Of a stretch of DNA of 64,000 nucleotides, positions 10,371 to 20,987 are shown one piece after another. Position 1 is the stretch's first letter; every line of letters begins with the position of its first letter. Both the position numbers and the translations under genes were made by a program. A model generated the notes under the pieces. It was not told the origin of the DNA, ran no database searches, and worked only from the letters and a program-made list of their open reading frames with translations. This DNA comes from an uncultured Gammaproteobacteria bacterium (GTDB taxonomy: Bacteria; Patescibacteriota; Microgenomatia; UBA8517), in the NCBI GenBank assembly GCA_964458085.1, contig CAYWFF010000001.1, positions 890-64,889 on the forward strand. Reading direction: 5' to 3'.

Positions 10371-12704
10371 ATGAAGAAAACAAGAAATAAAGGGTTAAAC
10401 TCTGTTTCGACTGAAGTTAAAAAACGAACCACTAAAAAGCAGGTAAAAAAAGTTACGGCTCAAAGACGAAAAGGAATTTTCACTTTCTTCCGGCGGAAAA
10501 AGAAAAAAAAGGACAATCAGATGTTGTCTCCAAAAGCACGAAAGATATATAACATTAAACGGGTAATATTTTTAAGCGTAGTTTTAGGCAGTTTCCTCTG
10601 GTTATTCTGGGGTGTACCTCTTCCGACACAACTATCATCCCAGCAAATTCCGGTTTCAACGAAACTGTTTGACCGCAACGGAGAACTTCTTTATGAAATA
10701 TATGCTGATAAGAGAAGCACGCCGGTGAAACTTGAAGAAATGCCTCCCTATATAGAGCAGGCTACAATTGCAATTGAAGACAAGGATTTTTACCGCCATT
10801 ACGGTGTCTCTTTCACCGGTATCGCCAGGGCTGCATACAACATAGCCTTCAAACAAAAACTTCAGGGCGGTTCGACATTAACCCAACAATTAGTAAAAAA
10901 CGCCTTACTTACTCCTGAGAGAACCTTAAGGCGTAAAGTTCGCGAACTTGCACTTACTCTTTTTGTGGAAACAATTTATTCCAAGCAAAAAATCATGGAT
11001 CTTTATCTAAATCAAATGCCTTACGGCGGAACTGCGTATGGAATCGGTGCAGCAAGCGAACTTTACTTTGCCAAATCAGCCAAAGATCTTTCACTTGCTG
11101 AAGCAAGTTTACTGGCAGGACTCTTAGCTTCACCGTCCCGCTATTCTCCTTTCGGCTCTCGTCCGGAACTTGCAAAAGACAGGCAATCTATTGTTTTAAG
11201 AAGAATGGTCGAAGACGGCTACATTTCCCAAGAAGAAGCAGATAATGCAATTGAAGAAGAATTGAAGTTTGCCAAAATTGATAATTTGAAAGCCCCCCAC
11301 TTTGCACTCTGGGTAAAAGAACAATTAGCAGAAAAATACGGTGAAGCGACTGTCGAGCGGGGCGGTTTAAGAGTAACAACAACACTTGATTTATCACTTC
11401 AAAATTTTGCACAAGACGCTGTAGCATCTGAAGTGGCTGAACTAATTGATTTCAATGTGGGTAACGGTGCAGCTTTGGTTACCCGTCCGCAAACCGGAGA
11501 AATATTGGCAATGGTTGGCTCAAAAGATTATTTTGCAACGGATGAAGACGGCCAGGTAAACATCATTTTTGCCCATCGCCAACCCGGATCATCTATAAAG
11601 CCATTGAACTATGCACTTGCAATCGAAGAAAAAAAGATAACTCCGGCAACCATCTTCGCTGATGTCCCCACCTGCTTTATAGTCTTTGGGGCATCTCCCT
11701 ATTGCCCTAAAAATTATGATGGTGGCTTTCATGGTGGCGTAGCAGCCCGTTTTGCTTTAGGTAATTCGTACAATATTCCTGCTGTTCGAACACTTGCTTT
11801 AAACGGTATTGAAAACTTTATGGATTTTGCAACTAAACTGGGTATATCCACTTTTACCGATCCTTCACGCTACGGTTTGTCGCTCACTCTCGGAGGCGGT
11901 GAAGTTATGCCGTATGACATGACACAAGCTTTCGGGACATTTGCCAACGGCGGCGTTAGACAACCGCTTATTCACATTCTAAAGGTAACCGACTGGCGCG
12001 GTAAAGTCCTGGAAGAAACAAAACTTGACGAATTAGAAGGCGAGCGAGTTCTTTCGCAGGGAACCGCATTCTTAATTTCTCATATTCTCCATGACAACAA
12101 TGCCCGAATTGCTGCATTTGGGTCAAATTCACTTCTTAATGTTAAGGGGCATCCTGAAGTATCTGTCAAAACAGGAACTACAAACGACAGAAGGGACAAC
12201 TGGACAATAGGTTTCACCCGCCACGCCGTAGTTACCGTGTGGGTAGGCAATAATGACAATAGTTCTATGTCAGGAGCAGTTTCGGGCGTGTCAGGAGCCT
12301 CTCCGATTTGGAACACAATTATGCAAAAAACTCTGGATAGAGTCGAAACCGGAATATATAGTGAAGAAGATAAAGAACATGGATGGCCGAGACAGCCGAA
12401 AGACGTGGTGGGACGAGAGGTGTGCGCATCAACTGGAATCATTCCTCGGGAAGGTGAAAGCTGCGGTACACGCTTTGAATATTTCCTGGCAGACTACCTG
12501 CCCACCGAATTTAAAGGTGGTATACAGGATGTCCACTTTGATAAAACTACAGGTGGTTTTATTAACGAACAAACACCACCAGAAAATATCGAAGTACGTC
12601 AAAATAGCGTCATGTATGATCCCCTGGGAACTTTTCTCTGTGTCGACTGCGGAATACCGTCATCTTCTCAGTCGGCAACTATTCGTTACCCTTTAGAAAA
12701 CTAA
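10371..12704 (+). CDS. Class A penicillin-binding protein (transglycosylase/transpeptidase)
   Basis: IEDKDFY, GGSTLTQQLVKN, GSSIKP (SxxK), SYN, KTGT. Confidence 0.95.
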   Translation: MKKTRNKGLNSVSTEVKKRTTKKQVKKVTAQRRKGIFTFFRRKKKKKDNQMLSPKARKIYNIKRVIFLSVVLGSFLWLFWGVPLPTQLSSQQIPVSTKLFDRNGELLYEIYADKRSTPVKLEEMPPYIEQATIAIEDKDFYRHYGVSFTGIARAAYNIAFKQKLQGGSTLTQQLVKNALLTPERTLRRKVRELALTLFVETIYSKQKIMDLYLNQMPYGGTAYGIGAASELYFAKSAKDLSLAEASLLAGLLASPSRYSPFGSRPELAKDRQSIVLRRMVEDGYISQEEADNAIEEELKFAKIDNLKAPHFALWVKEQLAEKYGEATVERGGLRVTTTLDLSLQNFAQDAVASEVAELIDFNVGNGAALVTRPQTGEILAMVGSKDYFATDEDGQVNIIFAHRQPGSSIKPLNYALAIEEKKITPATIFADVPTCFIVFGASPYCPKNYDGGFHGGVAARFALGNSYNIPAVRTLALNGIENFMDFATKLGISTFTDPSRYGLSLTLGGGEVMPYDMTQAFGTFANGGVRQPLIHILKVTDWRGKVLEETKLDELEGERVLSQGTAFLISHILHDNNARIAAFGSNSLLNVKGHPEVSVKTGTTNDRRDNWTIGFTRHAVVTVWVGNNDNSSMSGAVSGVSGASPIWNTIMQKTLDRVETGIYSEEDKEHGWPRQPKDVVGREVCASTGIIPREGESCGTRFEYFLADYLPTEFKGGIQDVHFDKTTGGFINEQTPPENIEVRQNSVMYDPLGTFLCVDCGIPSSSQSATIRYPLEN

Positions 12705-12743
12705 TTCTTCACTATTTCCGTCAAGGCTGATATAATAGTCAAA

Positions 12744-15686
12744 GTGGCTCCAGCCCGGAATAATTTATCAGATGAAAAATATGCCCCCTCACCTGTCGAG
12801 ACAAGTCTTTATCTAATAAAAAGACTCCTGGTTTTTATTGGTAGCCCACTTTATCATGTCACTTTTATCTTCCTTAAACTAATCTCTAACGGATTTATTA
12901 TTACAGGACTATATCTTACTAGCATGATACGCCATATAAATAAATCTATTTCCAAACTTGGCTCTTGGCAGGAGCTTTTTAAAAAATCAGGGCTCGAAAA
13001 AACATTAAAAGATGTTAAAAAACCTGCAGTATCAGAAGTGTTGGAAAAAATGGAAACTCCTTTTGAAGTCTTTAGCCGCATTCTCAGAACGCAGATATAT
13101 TTGCTTAATCGAAAAAATTACAAATATCATAAATATTTTGCCAAAAGTTTATCTTCAGTTTCAATATCTTTAAAATCATCCCCTAAAAACACCGTTTTTA
13201 GAAATACGTTTCGTAATCTTATCAAAGTCTGGCATGACTTCTATTCAGCTATAAATCCTGTATTTTTTCGGATTAGTAAAATCAGCAAATTAAAAGTTAA
13301 GGAATTCCATACCACATTACTGCCACACATTTCCCGCAAAAAAGGGTCGGTTTCACAAAATTTCGGTAATATTTTCCACATAATTCCTGCCCACACCAAA
13401 AGAGTAAAGAATACGTTTAACTTTTGGAGCAAAAAAGGCATAGAAAAAAGTACCACAGTTAAACAACAGGTCAGGAAAAATATAGTAAAAACCGGAAAAA
13501 TACTTAATCCTTTTTTCGTTCTTTCAATTTTTTGGCTAAAATGGAAATTACTTTTTACCCGTATTCCCAGGTTTCCCCGAATTAACTTCAGAAGATCAAT
13601 TCTTCTAATTGCATCGTTTTTATTGGTTGTGACTTCGATTTCCTTAGCACTATATCTGTCTTGGGTTTACCTGACTATTGATTTACCGTCCCCCAACGAA
13701 CTATCAACTAGAAAAATTGACGTAACTACTAAAATATTTGACAGAAACGGACTACTTCTTTACAAAGTCTATGCTGATGAAAACAGAACTCCGGTAAAAC
13801 TTTCCGAAATTCCCAGGCACGTCATCACTTCAACTCTTGCAATAGAAGATTCGGAGTTCTACTCTCATCCGGGATTTTCTATCAGAGGCATCCTACGCTC
13901 TGCTAAACGCAATATTGAGCGCGGAGAACTAACAGGCGGATCAACTATAACCCAGCAGTTAGTAAAAAATACCCTTCTTTCCTCTGAAAAAACTTTTACC
14001 CGAAAAATCAGAGAGCTTATTTTGGCGGTACAGGTCGAGTTGAATTATTCAAAAGACGAAATATTAGAAATGTATTTATCTGAAGTTTCCTACGGAGGCA
14101 CTGCTTACGGTATTCAGGAGGCATCAAGAATGTATTTTGATAAAGATGTCGGAGAATTAACCATCGCTGAAGCCGCTCTCTTAGCAGGAATTCCCAGAAG
14201 CCCTACTAACTATTCACCTTTTGGTGTCCACCCGGAAACAGCTGCAGCCCGGCAAAAAGAGGTTTTACGGCTAATGGAAATAAACGGTTATATATCCAAA
14301 AAAGAGAAGGGTGAAGCAGAGGCGGAAAAACTAGTCTATGCGAAAAATGTTGTTGACATAAAAGCACCGCATTTTGTGATGTATGTTAGAGAAAAGTTGG
14401 AAAAAAAATACGGTAAAGAAGTAGTTGCTAAAGGAGGCCTCCAGATTGTTTCAACACTAGACTATGAAATTCAGACTATGGCTGAAAAAATAGTAGCGGA
14501 AGAAGCTGCAAAACTCGAAAAGCTTCACGCCACAAACGCCGGAGCAATCATTATGAATCCGAAAAACGGTGAGATCCTGGCAATGGTAGGTTCGAAAGAT
14601 TATTTTGCAACCGAACAGGACGGAAACGTAAATGTCACAACAGCTCTGCGTCAGCCAGGATCCTCTATTAAAATAGTTAATTACGCTTATGCTCTATCTC
14701 ATGGTTTTACGCCATCTTCTGTTATCGCAGACATACCTACATCTTTTTCCGTAGAAGGACAGCCGGCTTATGTACCGAAAAACTATGACGGCGGCTTTCG
14801 GGGAAATATAACTCTAAGAAGCGCACTTGCTGAATCACGAAACATTCCGGCAGTTAAAATCCTAGAATCTTACGGAGTTTCCCAAATGCTTCAGCTTGGA
14901 CAAAAAATGGGGATAACAACCTGGAACGATCCTTCCCGTTACGGCCTATCTTTAACTTTAGGCGGAGGCGAAGTTAAACTAATTGATCTGGCCCGAGTTT
15001 ACGCAACAGTTGCCAATTACGGCAAACGCCCTGAACTGACATCTGTAATATCTGCTGTAAATTATAAAGGCAAAACCTTAATAGACAATCGCTGTATCGA
15101 AAAATCTCCGTTAATTGCTGAAGCCAATGCTTCCGAAACCATTGCCTCAGCATCTGCGGTACGAACTGAACCCGCCACCGAGTGCGGAGGCGAACAAGTA
15201 CTGGAACCCGCAGTTGCCTATTTGCTCATTGATATATTAAAAGATAATTCAGCACGGACACCTGCGTTCGGATCAAATTCGCTTCTGGTAATTCCCAATC
15301 ATCCTGAAGTGGCGGTTAAAACCGGAACCAGCAATGATTTGAGGGATAATTTGACGGTCGGTTTTAACCAGGATTATTTGGTTGCGGTTTGGGTTGGCAA
15401 CAACGACAACACACCCATGGCACGTGTTGCTTCAGGCGTTACGGGTGCAACACCTATTTTTAACCGGATTATGACAACATTACTATCAGACAAAACTGCC
15501 AGGGAGTGGACAGCTCCACCGGGTGTTGTCCATATTTCAATTTGCAGTATTACGGGAACTCTTCCATGTGAGGGATGTCCCACCAAAACTGAATGGTTTT
15601 TGGACAATAATAAACCACAAAACCATTGTTCACCGGAATATTTTAAACGTAAAGAGAGCGGAGACAGAATCGCCCGGGAAAGATGA
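12744..15686 (+). CDS. Class A penicillin-binding protein with long basic N-terminal extension
   Basis: IEDSEFY, GGSTITQQLVKN, GSSIK, SRN, KTGT; about 280 aa Lys-rich region before the TM. Confidence 0.93.
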   Translation: MAPARNNLSDEKYAPSPVETSLYLIKRLLVFIGSPLYHVTFIFLKLISNGFIITGLYLTSMIRHINKSISKLGSWQELFKKSGLEKTLKDVKKPAVSEVLEKMETPFEVFSRILRTQIYLLNRKNYKYHKYFAKSLSSVSISLKSSPKNTVFRNTFRNLIKVWHDFYSAINPVFFRISKISKLKVKEFHTTLLPHISRKKGSVSQNFGNIFHIIPAHTKRVKNTFNFWSKKGIEKSTTVKQQVRKNIVKTGKILNPFFVLSIFWLKWKLLFTRIPRFPRINFRRSILLIASFLLVVTSISLALYLSWVYLTIDLPSPNELSTRKIDVTTKIFDRNGLLLYKVYADENRTPVKLSEIPRHVITSTLAIEDSEFYSHPGFSIRGILRSAKRNIERGELTGGSTITQQLVKNTLLSSEKTFTRKIRELILAVQVELNYSKDEILEMYLSEVSYGGTAYGIQEASRMYFDKDVGELTIAEAALLAGIPRSPTNYSPFGVHPETAAARQKEVLRLMEINGYISKKEKGEAEAEKLVYAKNVVDIKAPHFVMYVREKLEKKYGKEVVAKGGLQIVSTLDYEIQTMAEKIVAEEAAKLEKLHATNAGAIIMNPKNGEILAMVGSKDYFATEQDGNVNVTTALRQPGSSIKIVNYAYALSHGFTPSSVIADIPTSFSVEGQPAYVPKNYDGGFRGNITLRSALAESRNIPAVKILESYGVSQMLQLGQKMGITTWNDPSRYGLSLTLGGGEVKLIDLARVYATVANYGKRPELTSVISAVNYKGKTLIDNRCIEKSPLIAEANASETIASASAVRTEPATECGGEQVLEPAVAYLLIDILKDNSARTPAFGSNSLLVIPNHPEVAVKTGTSNDLRDNLTVGFNQDYLVAVWVGNNDNTPMARVASGVTGATPIFNRIMTTLLSDKTAREWTAPPGVVHISICSITGTLPCEGCPTKTEWFLDNNKPQNHCSPEYFKRKESGDRIARER

Positions 15687-15687
15687 T

Positions 15688-16767
15688 TTAATTTGTACTT
15701 TTACTTTGGGCTTCAAATACAATTTCTGATAGCTTGGGAAGTACTTCATCCGCTTCTTTTTCTACAATTCCTTTACTCATAACAACCACTGCATAAGGTT
15801 TGCTACTGAAAACGATTCCTGCGTCGTTCACCACACGGACTTCGCGACCGAATTTATGAGCAATGGTAATTGAATCCGGAATTCCTTTAGGCAGCCAGTT
15901 TTCAAAATTGGTATCTGTTAAAAATCCCAACAATTCATCTCTATGTTCTAAAGTTAATATTTCGCCTTTATACAAAATCCGGAAAAATTGGCCAATGTCA
16001 TTTGGTGTAGTTGCATTATCGGAAAGGGACGTTTCATACATTCCAATTCTGGAAAGCGTTTCGTCAATAACCTTTTCTCCCACAATCCGTTTTAATGCAG
16101 CATATGCAGTATTGTCTGATTCTTTACCCATTAATTCTAAAAGTTCGCGATAAGTAAATTTCGTACCGTTTGGCCTCGTGCTTATTGAACCCGCACCTCC
16201 CCGTTTGTCCTGTGCTTCCAGTCGATATATTTCATTTAAACTCAATGTCCCTTTTTCAACTTCCCTGTAAACCGTTGCCATGAGAGGAAGTTTAATTAAA
16301 GATGCTGCCTCAAATTCTTCAGTTTCATACAGTCCATAATCATTTCCGTCAGTGAGGTCTACCACATACACTCCATATATCCCCGAATAATTATTAGTCA
16401 CCTCCCTTATTTTTTGCAACGTTTCATGACCGGCCTGACCAGGAGAATCACCTTCAATAATATATTTTTCTTCACCTAAAAAAGGTAAAGATGATAAGTT
16501 AAGCCTCGGTAGTTTTGGAACTTTCCAACCGCGGGAAGAGAGGGATAAGACAGAAGAGACGCTTGCTGTTAATAAAAGTAAACCAAAAATGATTCCCCGC
16601 TCTTTTATACCCCAAGGTTTTTTCAGTTCTTTGCGAGCACGTTTGTTTTCTGATTTTAAGTCTTTAAATTCTTTGGATTTGGGAAGCTTTTTTTTGGGAA
16701 GAACATCTTCCAATTCTTCTTCAAGTTCTTCAGGTTCTTTGGTTTTCTTTTTTTTGAAAAATCCCAT
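15688..16767 (-). CDS. Membrane-anchored serine hydrolase, class A beta-lactamase-like fold
   Basis: AASLIK (SxxK), SDN, HKFG, NDAGIV. Confidence 0.88.
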   Translation of the reverse strand: MGFFKKKKTKEPEELEEELEDVLPKKKLPKSKEFKDLKSENKRARKELKKPWGIKERGIIFGLLLLTASVSSVLSLSSRGWKVPKLPRLNLSSLPFLGEEKYIIEGDSPGQAGHETLQKIREVTNNYSGIYGVYVVDLTDGNDYGLYETEEFEAASLIKLPLMATVYREVEKGTLSLNEIYRLEAQDKRGGAGSISTRPNGTKFTYRELLELMGKESDNTAYAALKRIVGEKVIDETLSRIGMYETSLSDNATTPNDIGQFFRILYKGEILTLEHRDELLGFLTDTNFENWLPKGIPDSITIAHKFGREVRVVNDAGIVFSSKPYAVVVMSKGIVEKEADEVLPKLSEIVFEAQSKSTN

Positions 16768-16887
16768 GGCTCATTGTAACAGATTTATTTTTTCAATCCG
16801 AAGCTGAACCCTTAAGGTTTAAAAGTATTCATTAGAATTACGTCAAAAAAAATATCCGACTACACACAATGCTGTTATAATATTACT

Positions 16888-17625
16888 GTGGAAAACAATT
16901 CCGATTTTTCTGCAACACCAGAGACAACACAAACAAAACTTTCCAAATCTTTCAAAGCAGTCCAACAGACCCTTGGAATAAGAAGCAAGGTGGACCAAAT
17001 AGCTCTAATTCAGTCTGACCAGTACGATGCTTTACCTGTAGCAACCAAAAGCATAGTTACCGGAAAAGTAAGTTCGATAGTCCACATTCCTCCATTCTCG
17101 ACAGAAGCCGGTAACCCAGATTATCCATTAACCCACGAGCTAGCTCATATCGCATTAATTGATTCAGGAATTCCAACTACAAAACTTGGCATGATAATTG
17201 AAGAAGGGCTGGCTGAAAACATTGCTTTACAAACTGCTCCTGGAGAGTTCCGTAAACGTGTCCTAAAAGAAATAAGTATACTGTCACCGAATTTTGAAGA
17301 AACTGTAAAAAAAGAATTGGCTGGAAACGATGCTGAAAATTTATACATCGGTGGCGGTATTGACCGCCATGATGGTACAGCAAAACTTTATACCATTACC
17401 CACATTGTCGGGACAAATTTCATTGCGCATGTATTGAAAGATAAAATATCCGCTTGGCCTGTAATTATACAAAATCCACCCACAGCTGAAGAATTATGCT
17501 ATCCGGAAAAATATCTGGAGAAAATGCTTGAAAAGATAGAGGCTTATTTACCAGAGACAATCATACCAAAAGAAATAGCTTTGGCCTCAACCGACATTAC
17601 CCATCCGGATAACCGGATAATATAA
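16888..17625 (+). CDS. Putative zinc metallopeptidase (gluzincin-like)
   Basis: THELAH followed by IEEGLAE. Confidence 0.6.
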   Translation: MENNSDFSATPETTQTKLSKSFKAVQQTLGIRSKVDQIALIQSDQYDALPVATKSIVTGKVSSIVHIPPFSTEAGNPDYPLTHELAHIALIDSGIPTTKLGMIIEEGLAENIALQTAPGEFRKRVLKEISILSPNFEETVKKELAGNDAENLYIGGGIDRHDGTAKLYTITHIVGTNFIAHVLKDKISAWPVIIQNPPTAEELCYPEKYLEKMLEKIEAYLPETIIPKEIALASTDITHPDNRII

Positions 17626-17745
17626 ATTACTTTTTAACATTTTCCCTCAAAACCCCTTTACATTTAGCTACTTCGAAAAAAACAGGAAGGAAGAGACTTT
17701 AAAATAAATGGGGTTCAGCAGATTACCCTCAAAATTTGTAAATAC

Positions 17746-18990
17746 TTAACTTTTCTTCGGGCGAATTAATATTTTTCCGTCTACGCTTTGTTTTGCCTCA
17801 ATTGTACTTGTACTTATTCCTGATATTTTTCCAATTTCATCTTTTTCAAAAAGTTCGGACACACTGTCTTTAAAGTTTTGCAGACCAATCTCTGCCTCTT
17901 GATCAGATATGGTTTGAGGAAGTGTCAGTCCTTTGATTCCGAATTTAAAAGCTAAAGCCTTATATAAAGATTCTAATTCCTGCTGAGGAGTCTGATCACC
18001 AATTTTTTCCCACTCTGTATCGACAATTCTAACTTCGCCTGATTCAGTAATCATGATATTTTCCCATCCTTTAGCAGTCACCAGATCTCCGTGAACTCTT
18101 TGCCCTCTTACGTGGTACTCGGCAACCTTGTCTAGTAGCTGCTGCCCCTGATCTTTTGTAAGCATCCCAACCATAGCTCGATGTTCAAGATCTTCTTGTA
18201 TTACAGCAACTTTTTCTTCATTAATTCCTGATAAGGTGTCCGAACTTTTTATGCCATGATGTGTGGGATTTTGACGCATTTCTCGAATTTGCTTTTCGAT
18301 CTTATCCATTTTTTCCTGGATTATCTCACTAACTTTTCTGCCTTTTATTTTTTCCATCTTATAACCATTAACAATTGCGCCTTCAAATACAGGAAGGCCT
18401 CCAGCACCATTCATCTTGCGCATAAATTCAACTTCAAAGTAAGAAAATGCAGAATTTGGTTCGTTAAACACTTTTGCGACTGAATCCTCCCCTGCGCTAT
18501 AGACATTTGACCATTTTCCACCCGCAAGCCTATCCCCATACATTTCCCTTACCTGTGAATAAAAGGCTGTTTGTTCTGTAGGTAGATTTAAGGTTGGCAT
18601 ACCACCTTCAAATGTCTCCCCAGCTCTAAGCGGCCGATATTCTTCCATCTGCTGTTCTTTACCTGTAGTTTTTTCCTCACTAAAGTTGTCCCACTTATTT
18701 AAGTCATCTGTTCCCTCTTGCGGGACGAATGGTTCTTTTGGTTCCGCCACCGGCTGCTGCATGGCCATGATATCCTCCGGAGTAAGCTTAGACATTTGGG
18801 TAAGTATGTCATTAGGAGGCTCTTCTTCTTTTCTAAATCGCCCAGCCAAGTCATCCAGCCACTTTTTCCCTCGTGCGGTTAAGCGACTCAAACTGTTAGG
18901 CTGTTTTTCAGCTGGCAGTTCAGGTTTCTGAATTCGTTCTCCTTTTATCTCAGTTACTGGAGTTTCCACTTGGTCTAGATCATCTGTCAT
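17746..18990 (-). CDS. Protein-kinase-like fold protein
   Basis: LAGGKWSNVY, VAKVF, MEKIKG, RVHGDL...ENIMI, IVDTE. Confidence 0.65.
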   Translation of the reverse strand: MTDDLDQVETPVTEIKGERIQKPELPAEKQPNSLSRLTARGKKWLDDLAGRFRKEEEPPNDILTQMSKLTPEDIMAMQQPVAEPKEPFVPQEGTDDLNKWDNFSEEKTTGKEQQMEEYRPLRAGETFEGGMPTLNLPTEQTAFYSQVREMYGDRLAGGKWSNVYSAGEDSVAKVFNEPNSAFSYFEVEFMRKMNGAGGLPVFEGAIVNGYKMEKIKGRKVSEIIQEKMDKIEKQIREMRQNPTHHGIKSSDTLSGINEEKVAVIQEDLEHRAMVGMLTKDQGQQLLDKVAEYHVRGQRVHGDLVTAKGWENIMITESGEVRIVDTEWEKIGDQTPQQELESLYKALAFKFGIKGLTLPQTISDQEAEIGLQNFKDSVSELFEKDEIGKISGISTSTIEAKQSVDGKILIRPKKS

Positions 18991-19355
18991 GGTGTGGCTA
19001 CTTTCTTATTAACTACTTTTTCTAAATACTCCTGCATTTTTTGGTGGGCTTCTTCAAACTTCTGCTGTTTTACTAAACCGTCTACCTCTGTCATCACTAC
19101 TGGTTTCTCCACATTTTCATATTCGGCTATATGTTTATTTACAATTGCCGCCAGCTCATAAAATTCATCATCAAGCATTAGGACAATTTCCTGAAGTTTA
19201 TCTTCAGGAGTACTCTGCGGAAGGGCTTGCAAAACAAACTTTGCAATTTGCGAAGCTCTAGCCAGGCCCATTTCCTGATTTTCTAGTTTTTCGATGAGAA
19301 GCCCGGCAATTTCAGTTTCCAGTTTTTCTAATTCTAAGTTTGGTTGTGTAATCAT
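18987..19355 (-). CDS. Hypothetical helical protein
   Basis: 122-aa ORF whose stop overlaps the next start (ATGA). Confidence 0.7.
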   Translation of the reverse strand: MITQPNLELEKLETEIAGLLIEKLENQEMGLARASQIAKFVLQALPQSTPEDKLQEIVLMLDDEFYELAAIVNKHIAEYENVEKPVVMTEVDGLVKQQKFEEAHQKMQEYLEKVVNKKVATP

Positions 19356-19399
19356 AAAGCTATTAAATCTAAAGTATTGTGTTTTGTTAAAACTTAAAC

Positions 19400-20446
19400 T
19401 TATTCTCCAGAAGTAACCAGGTGGTTTGGTTTTAAATTTTCAACTATTTTTTCCGCCTTACGGATGTGAAGATAATGTTCTCGAGCTTTTTTATAGGCAT
19501 CTGGATTACGAAACAGTCTTTGAGTTTCCTCATCTACAAAATCAGCGGTTTTATTCTTAGTTTCTATATTTTGCGATGTCTCGGCAACATACTTTCCAGC
19601 CATAATTTGATTTAATTTGTCTAATCTTGCTGCCTCATTCACCACGGCATTTAAAGTATGTAATTCATCTGGAGTTATGTTCTGGAAATTCCTATTTACC
19701 GCTTGTTCTGCTAGTGCCGTCAATTCATGTATTGACTTAGCTTCATCAAGTACCGGTTCCAACTCTTCCTTTCTTCTTCTTAACTCTTCATTTTGTAGTC
19801 TTCTGTAAGCACTAACCCAATCCTTAGGCGGAGGTATAACTTCGTTATGTGTATCGTCTGGCAGATCTTCAAATTGCTCAGCTTCCATACCATAAACAAA
19901 ATAAGCGCTGTCAGCTTCCTCATTTACCTCTTCCATCAAAGTCTGAAAAGCTTCAGTCGGAGTAAGTGTAGCAATTTCTCTTAGTACTTCCTCCTCATCC
20001 GGAATCATTGTCTCGGTAAAAGCTTTTTTCAAAGGTTCGCCCCGGACACGTTTCAGAAACTCAATAGCTTCCGGAGTAGCACCAGACTTTCCAAAAATTT
20101 CAGAAGCCTCTTCTTCATACTGCTCTGGATTGTCTGAACTTAGCCAATTCCACACTGTTTCACTGTCTTTTAAAGGATTGTTATTTTCATAGACTGCATC
20201 TTCCAGACGCTTCAACAATTGCTGTAATCCACTTTTGTCAGTCCGAGCTATATCTATTAAACTTTGCAGTTCATCTAAATATCGATTATTAAACCGATCT
20301 GTAACTTCAGCGATCGCATTTTGAGTACCTTTCATAATTTCTCCCGGAGTCAAATGTACAATTTCTTTAGAACTTTCTTGTCCACCAGTAATTTCAGTAT
20401 CTTGTGCCATGTTTCTAATTGTTATATTTGCTATCCTATCCGTCAA
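19400..20446 (-). CDS. Acidic hypothetical protein (likely start 20410)
   Basis: Long Glu-rich ORF with no recognisable motif. Confidence 0.65.
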   Translation of the reverse strand: MTDRIANITIRNMAQDTEITGGQESSKEIVHLTPGEIMKGTQNAIAEVTDRFNNRYLDELQSLIDIARTDKSGLQQLLKRLEDAVYENNNPLKDSETVWNWLSSDNPEQYEEEASEIFGKSGATPEAIEFLKRVRGEPLKKAFTETMIPDEEEVLREIATLTPTEAFQTLMEEVNEEADSAYFVYGMEAEQFEDLPDDTHNEVIPPPKDWVSAYRRLQNEELRRRKEELEPVLDEAKSIHELTALAEQAVNRNFQNITPDELHTLNAVVNEAARLDKLNQIMAGKYVAETSQNIETKNKTADFVDEETQRLFRNPDAYKKAREHYLHIRKAEKIVENLKPNHLVTSGE

Positions 20447-20981
20447 TAACTACAATAATTATATGTTTTTGGGAAATGAAGAAAAGTATCATTTAAATAC
20501 TCTTTTGAAAACAGGACTTTTTGAGAGAGCTGAAATGCTTGAGTATAAAAAAACAAATGAGCTGGCAAAAACACTCATTGAAAAAGCGGACGCGCTAACA
20601 CAGGAAGAATATTCTAAAGTAGTTATGGAAATAATGAAAGATTACGGCTTATATTTTGAATTAACATCTGAAACCAGCGTGGCAGATCTTTTGAGCTATT
20701 TGGCTAATTCAGTTTATGAAAGCGGATATCACCCAAAAGACCAAACCGTTACCTTCCTCGGAAAATCTTTTAAAGATATAAAAATTAAACCCTATCAAGT
20801 GGTTAAGTTTATAAAAACTCAAAAGCTCAATCAGTTGCTAACAGAAGAGCGAGGATTATATCTTCAGGAAGTAAAGATACGAGAAGGTGCCAGCGGATTT
20901 TATCTTTTAAAATATGGTGTTAAGTTTGATAAAAACGAAACAGAATTTCTGAAATTTGTAAAGGGAAAAATTTTTAGTTAA
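20409..20981 (+). CDS. Hypothetical protein (likely start 20463)
   Basis: ORF fills the gap between flanking genes. Confidence 0.55.
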   Translation: MFLIVIFAILSVNNYNNYMFLGNEEKYHLNTLLKTGLFERAEMLEYKKTNELAKTLIEKADALTQEEYSKVVMEIMKDYGLYFELTSETSVADLLSYLANSVYESGYHPKDQTVTFLGKSFKDIKIKPYQVVKFIKTQKLNQLLTEERGLYLQEVKIREGASGFYLLKYGVKFDKNETEFLKFVKGKIFS

Positions 20982-20987
20982 GAAATT

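Noticed and set aside
15688-16767. Antibiotic-resistance beta-lactamase
   Set aside because: Membrane anchor, KFG in place of KTG and position beside PBPs point to a cell-wall hydrolase.
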